Of a stretch of 64,000 nt of DNA, positions 59,210 through 64,000 are shown in pieces. The notes beneath the pieces are model-generated. The model was not told where the DNA came from and did not search any database. It saw nothing but the letters and a program-made list of their open reading frames with translations. Made by a program: the position numbers and the translations under genes. The DNA comes from Candidatus Nomurabacteria bacterium (lineage in GTDB: Bacteria; Patescibacteriota; Minisyncoccia; Phycocordibacterales; UBA5272), in assembly GCA_028286645.1 (NCBI GenBank), contig JAQBRF010000004.1:18830-82829 (forward strand), read 5' to 3'. Each line of letters starts with the position of its first letter. Positions within the stretch are counted from its first letter, which is position 1.

Positions 59210-59848
59210 TCAGTCGAGTTGCCAGCCTTCGGCGATCATTTCCTTACGGATTTGATCGACGAACTTGGGGCAGAGAAGCGGAATCATGAGCGCCCAGAGT
59301 TCCTTCGCGTGAGCGAGCACCGTAGGGTGCTGGAACATCGCATGGTAGCAATCGAAGTCCTTCTGTTCCCAGTCGCCGTTGTGGTCGATGGTCGAGCAGA
59401 CGAGCGTGTTCGCCGCCGCATCCCATCGATGAGTCTCGATCCGCATGAGGAGATCTTCTCTCCACTGCGGCCAGCCTTCAATGCGACGCTTGATGACGAC
59501 GCGTGCCCCCATCTGAACTGCATATGCGGTGAAGCGCAAGCCCTTCGAGTTAAGGGCTCGGGAAAGAAATTTCGCATTCCTGCCGATAGCGAGAATGCGC
59601 CCGCGCTTGGTACGTTCCTCGGTACTTCCGCGCTTGGTATCGCGAAAGTATAACCACTCGCCGACACGCTGCCCATTGCCACCGATCTCCACCATTTCCA
59701 TCTCGCTCGGATCGAACGGACAGCCGATGATGGGGTCGGTGCTAAATATAGCGACGCCGAGTTGCCGAGCACGAGGGGTGAAATCCACCCCACCCTTGTT
59801 CGCCCACGTTTTCCAATTCCCAGGATTACGGACTTTGCTGATATTCAT
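59210..59848 (-). CDS. Hypothetical protein, high-GC, inside the module bounded by the 58777/60028 direct repeats
   Basis: ORF. No motif recognised. The opposite-strand ORF 59219..59653 is the alternative. Confidence 0.35.
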   Translation of the reverse strand: MNISKVRNPGNWKTWANKGGVDFTPRARQLGVAIFSTDPIIGCPFDPSEMEMVEIGGNGQRVGEWLYFRDTKRGSTEERTKRGRILAIGRNAKFLSRALNSKGLRFTAYAVQMGARVVIKRRIEGWPQWREDLLMRIETHRWDAAANTLVCSTIDHNGDWEQKDFDCYHAMFQHPTVLAHAKELWALMIPLLCPKFVDQIRKEMIAEGWQLD

Positions 59849-60027
59849 GGCAATCCTTCCATTGTTAGGGATTCAAAAGGCATAAATATGCCCAAACCAT
59901 ATTCAAATGACAGTATACCATAAATATGTTAGATGTCAATAGAATGATTATTATGTAGGGATCGCGTCTCGCTTTGCTCGACATCCTACATTTTTATAAT
60001 CACTTCGTTCATTAAAAATGTGGACCT

Positions 60028-60048
60028 TTGCTCCGCACCTGGGACGAT
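60028..60048 (-). repeat. tRNA 3'-end-like fragment, direct repeat of 58777-58798
   Basis: Seen in sequence. Confidence 0.45.
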
Positions 60049-60135
60049 ATCCGATCTGTTTGTTAGAGGAGAAGTAAAAAAGCCCACGAGAAGCGGTTGG
60101 GCTAATCGTGGGCTAGGCTTTCTAGGTAACTTCCG

Positions 60136-60519
60136 TTACCAGCGGCTGGCGCATCGAAAATAACTTTCATAGTACATCTCTTCTTTAACTGTCCGTCCAC
60201 AGAATGAACAGACGGCGCCTGTTTTAAGTGGTTCGTGGTCGACATGCACAAACCTATAGGCATAACGATACATTGCCTCTATCGCTTCCTGGCGTTCTTT
60301 AAAGCTGGGGTGCTCTTTTCCGTCTAGTTGATAATGGGCAACCCACTGCTCATCAACTAGTTCAATGTCACCCATTGGACGTTCACCCCACGGGGTAGCC
60401 TCCCAAAGATTGTAGCGCTGGTTGTGCCCATCTACGTGAACGAGCTCAACTACCCGTGCCACATCCGCCCTCCAAATGTCTTTAAGGCGGAGTGAGACTT
60501 TTTCGGATTCTTTGCTCAC
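60136..60519 (-). CDS. Hypothetical protein, high-GC (GTG start after AAGGAG)
   Basis: SD AAGGAGtggaacGTG. The upstream part of the track ORF is AT-rich and probably not coding. Confidence 0.35.
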   Translation of the reverse strand: MSKESEKVSLRLKDIWRADVARVVELVHVDGHNQRYNLWEATPWGERPMGDIELVDEQWVAHYQLDGKEHPSFKERQEAIEAMYRYAYRFVHVDHEPLKTGAVCSFCGRTVKEEMYYESYFRCASRW

Positions 60520-60583
60520 GTTCCACTCCTTGTGTACAAGATTTAACAAGACTATACAATATAAAAATACTTCTGTCAAAGAT

Positions 60584-60605
60584 GAGCTCCGTGGGTAGGA
60601 CTCCC
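60584..60605 (-). repeat. Degenerate tRNA-Asn 3'-end fragment (GAGCTCCGTGGGTAGGACTCCC)
   Basis: Seen in sequence. Confidence 0.35.
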
Positions 60606-60756
60606 TTTTCCCTTTGGTCGAAACTCACTATTTTTATTGTCATTCCATTTCTTAAAAATAGGAGCCTTTGGTTCGATCCCAAACTCATAAAGCTAGAAAT
60701 AACAAAAGCCCGACATGAAGTCGGGCTTTTGTTATTTTGCTCCCAATGCTGTCCAA

Positions 60757-60822
60757 GTTCAGAACCCTGAATTGGAGAAGTATAGATATTGAAATGAAAC
60801 AATTTAGTTTTGTATAAAAAAA
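60757..60822 (-). repeat. R2 repeat copy A (~65 bp) immediately after a terminator
   Basis: About 85% identical to 61349-61414. Confidence 0.5.
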
Positions 60823-60858
60823 ACCCACTCGCCGAAGCGAGGGGCTGAAGCGAGTGTT

Positions 60859-61254
60859 TCAGCACTCGATGCTCATATCTTGTACTACCAAAAGTTCGAA
60901 TGGGTCCAGCTCATAAGCTACCATGCTGTAACCCTCTTCGTGACTGTTTTTCTTCGAAACAGTCCACTTGAGAATCGCAACTCCCATGTAAGGATGCTGT
61001 GAAAGCGGAGGAGTGCGGAGACTTTGTATGTCGAGCGTGAGAACGCCCATCGCGATCTGATCGGGATAAACCTGCTTGAGCTCTTCGAGGATCTGCTTTC
61101 GTCCGTAGAGTATGCCGTCTCTGCTAGCATACACGGCATCAGGAGCGTACCCATTACAGAATCCTTCTAAGTCTCCAGCATTCCAGAGTCTAATGGCTCT
61201 GTGATTGAATTCAGTTACTTTTTGAGCAAAAGCAATGTCATAAGGTCCGCTCAT
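60859..61254 (-). CDS. NTF2-like / SnoaL-like (DUF4440-type) protein
   Basis: Fold-typical length and pattern. Terminator at 60817-60844. Confidence 0.4.
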   Translation of the reverse strand: MSGPYDIAFAQKVTEFNHRAIRLWNAGDLEGFCNGYAPDAVYASRDGILYGRKQILEELKQVYPDQIAMGVLTLDIQSLRTPPLSQHPYMGVAILKWTVSKKNSHEEGYSMVAYELDPFELLVVQDMSIEC

Positions 61255-61348
61255 TTATTTCTCCCAGAACATATGCGTAAAAACGCGATAAGCACACACT
61301 ACAATATTAAAATAATAACGTCAACCTCTGGCTCCCTCTACTAAACAA

Positions 61349-61414
61349 ATTCAGAACTCTGAATTGGAGGAATATAAAAATTGAAATGAAACAATTGAGT
61401 TTTGTATAAAAAAG
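61349..61414 (-). repeat. R2 repeat copy B
   Basis: Seen in sequence. Confidence 0.5.
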
Positions 61415-61628
61415 AAAACCCGCTGGCTAGGCGGGGTGGAGATAGGCGCGAAGCCTTCTCACGCGGGGACGTATTCCATTTTGGAGCGCCCCGTGTAGTA
61501 CTGCGTGTTATTTCTGTGGTCGTTGCAGACCTCGTAGAGCGCGATGTGACACGGTAGCCACCCTGAACAATGCTTGTGCTCATTTTTTGCCACCAGTAAC
61601 TTTGCATAGTTAGCTCCTCAGAATATGA
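61408..61628 (-). ncRNA. Short high-GC transcript unit: palindromic consensus promoter (61626-61665) to terminator CCCGCctagccaGCGGG + T-run. Either an sRNA or a small Cys protein
   Basis: SD GAGGAG + ATG at 61607, but the ATG frame is R/S/T-rich and runs through the terminator. An alternative frame gives HKHCSGWLPCHIALYEVCNDH. Confidence 0.3.
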
Positions 61629-61665
61629 CAAATACCAGTATATCATATATACTGGTATTTGTCAA
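61626..61665 (-). promoter_or_regulatory. Perfect 39-bp palindrome containing TTGACA-17-TATACT on the minus strand and aTGACA-17-TATACT on the plus strand (promoter cassette copy c)
   Basis: TGACAAATACCAGTATAT-cat-ATATACTGGTATTTGTCA. Confidence 0.55.
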
Positions 61666-61801
61666 TATGTGGCTCCCTATAGTAAGTAAGTTCAGAACTT
61701 TAAATTGGGTACAAGTTGAGAAAGAGCTGAGGTGCTTGAGCCTAGTAGAAACCATCTTCTCCATTGTATAAAAACAGGAAGTGGCCAATAAATAAAGAAA
61801 T

Positions 61802-61993
61802 TTAACGTTTGAATGCAAAAGACATCAATATGATGATTAAGGCATTAAGAACCACCAACACTAAGACTGTCTGCCATTTTGCTGTAAGTGGATTATTTAT
61901 AATATAAACCGTATAGATTATTGCAACAATCGCAGCACCGAGAAAATTTCCTTTTATCATATTTTTATATTTATTTATTAAATTTATAAACAA
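61802..61993 (-). CDS. Small membrane protein
   Basis: ORF with TM segment. Low support. Confidence 0.25.
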   Translation of the reverse strand: MFINLINKYKNMIKGNFLGAAIVAIIYTVYIINNPLTAKWQTVLVLVVLNALIIILMSFAFKR

Positions 61994-61994
61994 C

Positions 61995-62240
61995 CTATCT
62001 TCTAAACAACTCTGAAAACTTTAACTTGAGAATTCCCAACAAATAAATAATTTCAAGAACACCTAAAGTGTGCACAAAGATAAATAAAATAAACCACAAA
62101 AGTTGGCCTCGTTTTGCTGAATGCCACAACCCAAGTCCTGCCCAAAAAAGACTCCACAGAATAACTAGAAAAAACGTTAGTTGATGTGTGTGTATCCAGA
62201 TGGATAATCCTACTCCTGATGAATTGTTCATATCTTTCAT
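61995..62240 (-). CDS. Small membrane protein
   Basis: ORF, 2-3 TM. Low support. Confidence 0.25.
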   Translation of the reverse strand: MKDMNNSSGVGLSIWIHTHQLTFFLVILWSLFWAGLGLWHSAKRGQLLWFILFIFVHTLGVLEIIYLLGILKLKFSELFRR

Positions 62241-62307
62241 TATACATCTTATTGTTAAAATAGTTCTTAAACCTATTTGGGTGTCATAATAAGCCTTGAT
62301 AAATAAG

Positions 62308-62329
62308 GCTCAAAAAAGTGCTCCGTGGG
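62308..62329 (-). repeat. Duplicate of the tRNA-Asn 3' end (GTGCTCCGTGGGTAGGGATCGG), about 150 bp from the intact gene
   Basis: 20/21 identical to 62474-62494. Confidence 0.55.
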
Positions 62330-62424
62330 TAGGGATCGGTCACAAAACTACTCGCTTTGCTCGAGAAAGTTTCGCGACCCCGTATTCGATCCCTAACGCA
62401 AGCAAAGCAGTTTGCTTGCTCCTT

Positions 62425-62466
62425 TAGAAACGAATTGAAAATACCAGAGAAAGAATCTCTGGTATT
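62425..62466. terminator. Palindromic terminator (ACCAGAGAaagaATCTCTGGT + U-rich) just 3' of the tRNA
   Basis: Seen in sequence. Confidence 0.45.
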
Positions 62467-62475
62467 TTCAATTTG

Positions 62476-62821
62476 CTCCGTGGGTAGGGATCGAACCTAC
62501 GACCAATTCCTTACATTTATCCTAAAGTTTCCTAAAGGGATGGACTATATCATCACCCGTATTTTTACAAATCGAGGGTGCAAGGCGCTTCGGACCAGTT
62601 TTATCTGGCACTACTCCTTTCGGATAGTCTCTACACCTTCCCCCCACTAATTTTGTTTTAAATATTTAAAACAAAATTAGTGGGGGGCTTGGCTCGGTAT
62701 TACCCTCCATCGGTTAGATGGGGAGGGCTTCACCGAATTCACCTTGTTTTTCAATTCACCTTACGATGAAAAGCTGCGTTTATTGCCACAGGGAACTGCT
62801 CTACCGCTGAGCTACCACGGA
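62476..62821 (-). tRNA. tRNA-Asn (anticodon GUU) interrupted in the anticodon loop by a group I intron. Exons 62821..62788 and 62513..62476
   Basis: 5' exon UCCGUGGUAGCUCAGCGGUAGAGCAGUUCCCUGU. 3' exon UAAGGAAUUGGUCGUAGGUUCGAUCCCUACCCACGGAG. Spliced loop is CU-GUU-AA. Acceptor 7/7, D, anticodon (G.U) and T stems all pair. Discriminator is G. Confidence 0.7.
62514..62787 (-). ncRNA. Group I self-splicing intron (274 nt) within tRNA-Asn
   Basis: It follows a U and ends in G. IGS GCAG pairs with exon CUGU including a terminal G.U. P7-forming R element GAGACUA and S element GAUAUAGUC are present. Confidence 0.6.
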
Positions 62822-62894
62822 ATATATAAACCTATTTGATTATAGCAATTTATGTGATTATGGCAACCTTAACACCAGATGTTATACTTAATTT

Positions 62895-63239
62895 ATGTTA
62901 AAGAGATGCAGTAAGCATGGTGAGACGAAACATTTCAAAAGATTAGATGCAACTTTTCGTTGTGGTAAATGTGCTTCTTTGTGGGTAATAAATAACAGAC
63001 GAAATAAAAAGCAGAAACTAATTAAATTATTTGGAGGAAAATGTATTGTTTGTGGATATGATAAATATGCAGGGGCTTTGGATTTTCATCATACGGATCC
63101 AAAAAATAAATCTTTCGCCTTAAGTGTTAAAGGGCTGTCTTATTCTTGGGAAAGCATTTTAGTTGAAGCGAAGAAATGTATTCTGGTATGCAAAAACTGT
63201 CATGCCGAAATTGAAGCCGACATTAATAAAGTAATTTGA
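62895..63239 (+). CDS. HNH endonuclease (free-standing)
   Basis: CxxC...HH...N...CxxCH pattern: CIVCGY...DFHHTDPKNK...LVCKNCHAEIE. Confidence 0.65.
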   Translation: MLKRCSKHGETKHFKRLDATFRCGKCASLWVINNRRNKKQKLIKLFGGKCIVCGYDKYAGALDFHHTDPKNKSFALSVKGLSYSWESILVEAKKCILVCKNCHAEIEADINKVI

Positions 63240-63258
63240 TATAAAATCTAAAAATACT

Positions 63259-63975
63259 CTATGAAAGCTCGGTCTGGGTGTGATATGTATGATGAAGCTT
63301 TCTATAAAGATAAGTCATGGCCAGAAGACTAACGGGCACTGTAATTAATAGCCCAATTCCAAGTGCGATAATACCCACTATATTAAATAAAACAATGAGT
63401 ATTAGAAACCCAAAGATTTTCCAGAATCTACCTCTTGTAATTTCCATGCTTTTTTTGATTGCATCAATGGGCCCGATATCCTTTATATCAATTACAATGA
63501 ATTTATAAAATTGCAGACGAACTATCACATAAACGCCGAATAATGCAAGTAGAATAAAAACACTTCCAAGCCCGATAGTTAGATCAGTTACTGCGTGAGG
63601 AATAAAGGTTTCACCCCGCAAACTTGAAAGAAAATAAAGCACTAAAAGTACAGCGATAGGAGCCCACAATACCACCATTATTAATCCGACAAGAATGGAA
63701 GCCAAAATATAATTAAGAGTGATCTTATAATCTTTGAAGTTCTTTACTAAGTCGCCATATGTCGGAGTTTGGTTATTTGTAATAACTAAAGCCACTGTAG
63801 TAAGAGCAATGCTTACAATTATTCCAACGATTGCCCCAAGGAGGGGTACACGGTTACAAATCATGGTCACAACGCCTGCTAAAATTAATACGATTATTAA
63901 GTACCAGGCATTTTCTTTATATTTTGCCCATGAGTCAGTAAAGATATCTTTAATGGAAATGTGTTGTGTTGTCAT
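63259..63975 (-). CDS. Hypothetical integral membrane protein (5-6 TM)
   Basis: Hydropathy. Confidence 0.4.
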   Translation of the reverse strand: MTTQHISIKDIFTDSWAKYKENAWYLIIVLILAGVVTMICNRVPLLGAIVGIIVSIALTTVALVITNNQTPTYGDLVKNFKDYKITLNYILASILVGLIMVVLWAPIAVLLVLYFLSSLRGETFIPHAVTDLTIGLGSVFILLALFGVYVIVRLQFYKFIVIDIKDIGPIDAIKKSMEITRGRFWKIFGFLILIVLFNIVGIIALGIGLLITVPVSLLAMTYLYRKLHHTYHTQTELS

Positions 63976-64000
63976 GAAAATAGTATACAGTCTCCAGTTT

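Noticed and set aside
59219-59653. 144-aa plus-strand ORF overlapping 59210-59848 (minus)
   Set aside because: It is fully nested antisense in a longer minus-strand ORF with better length and context. This is the GC-rich region's typical double-strand ORF artefact.
60584-60700. Possible intact plus-strand tRNA suggested by GCCTTTGGTTCGATCCCAAACTCATAA (T-arm-like)
   Set aside because: No D-arm or anticodon arm, and no acceptor complement upstream. It is treated as another tRNA-derived fragment, not a gene.
61341-61646. 101-aa minus-strand ORF (R/S/T-rich)
   Set aside because: The composition is typical of a wrong frame through GC-rich DNA, and it runs through a terminator hairpin and the R2 repeat. 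I kept only the shorter promoter-to-terminator transcript as a candidate.
19945-61665. Interpreting the CCAGTATAT-N3-ATATACTGG palindromes as transposon terminal inverted repeats
   Set aside because: Each copy is a single compact palindrome rather than a pair flanking a segment. Each coincides exactly with a -35/-10 promoter geometry. The promoter/operator interpretation is simpler.
1-64000. Alternative genetic code (UGA recoding, as in some CPR lineages)
   Set aside because: Long confident genes terminate with TAA, TAG and TGA and contain no in-frame TGA. Standard code 11 fits.

Overview
The window is a low-GC (roughly 33-38%) bacterial chromosome segment. Gene content and organisation look like a reduced-genome Patescibacteria/CPR-type organism (inference); no stop-codon reassignment is evident, so code 11 fits. 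Recognisable housekeeping genes are a short uvrC, nrdA-nrdB, RNase J, secG, dnaE, rnhB, rpmF, a NusB-Nudix fusion, rnc, an ABC-F ATPase, NrnA-like DHH and DEDDh exonucleases, malic enzyme, and SDR, FAD, cupin and hemerythrin proteins. Three things dominate the window. (1) A 12.3-kb gene at 29640-41894 encodes a 4084-aa secreted fibre-like giant protein. It has a collagen-like Gly-X-Y segment, dozens of Asn/Thr/Ser-rich repeats, long near-identical internal DNA duplications, and a phage tail-fibre/endosialidase-type C-terminal intramolecular chaperone (peptidase S74-like) domain. (2) A tRNA-Asn(GUU) gene at 62476-62821 on the minus strand is split in the anticodon loop by a 274-nt group I intron with recognisable P1 and P7 (R/S) elements. 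A free-standing HNH endonuclease sits next to it. A roughly 4.5-kb zone (about 58230-62330) is littered with tRNA 3'-end fragments, which look like remnants of serial integration. (3) High-GC (about 55-60%) small-gene cassettes, each with a strong Shine-Dalgarno and an intrinsic terminator, sit at 10100-15800, 19616-19888, 44464-44625 and 57468-61254. Several of these, plus short terminator-bounded putative sRNAs, are driven by nearly identical consensus sigma70 promoters (TTGACA-16/17-TATACT) whose spacers form a palindromic operator-like sequence. Two dispersed intergenic repeat families are also present. No rRNA or CRISPR array was seen.
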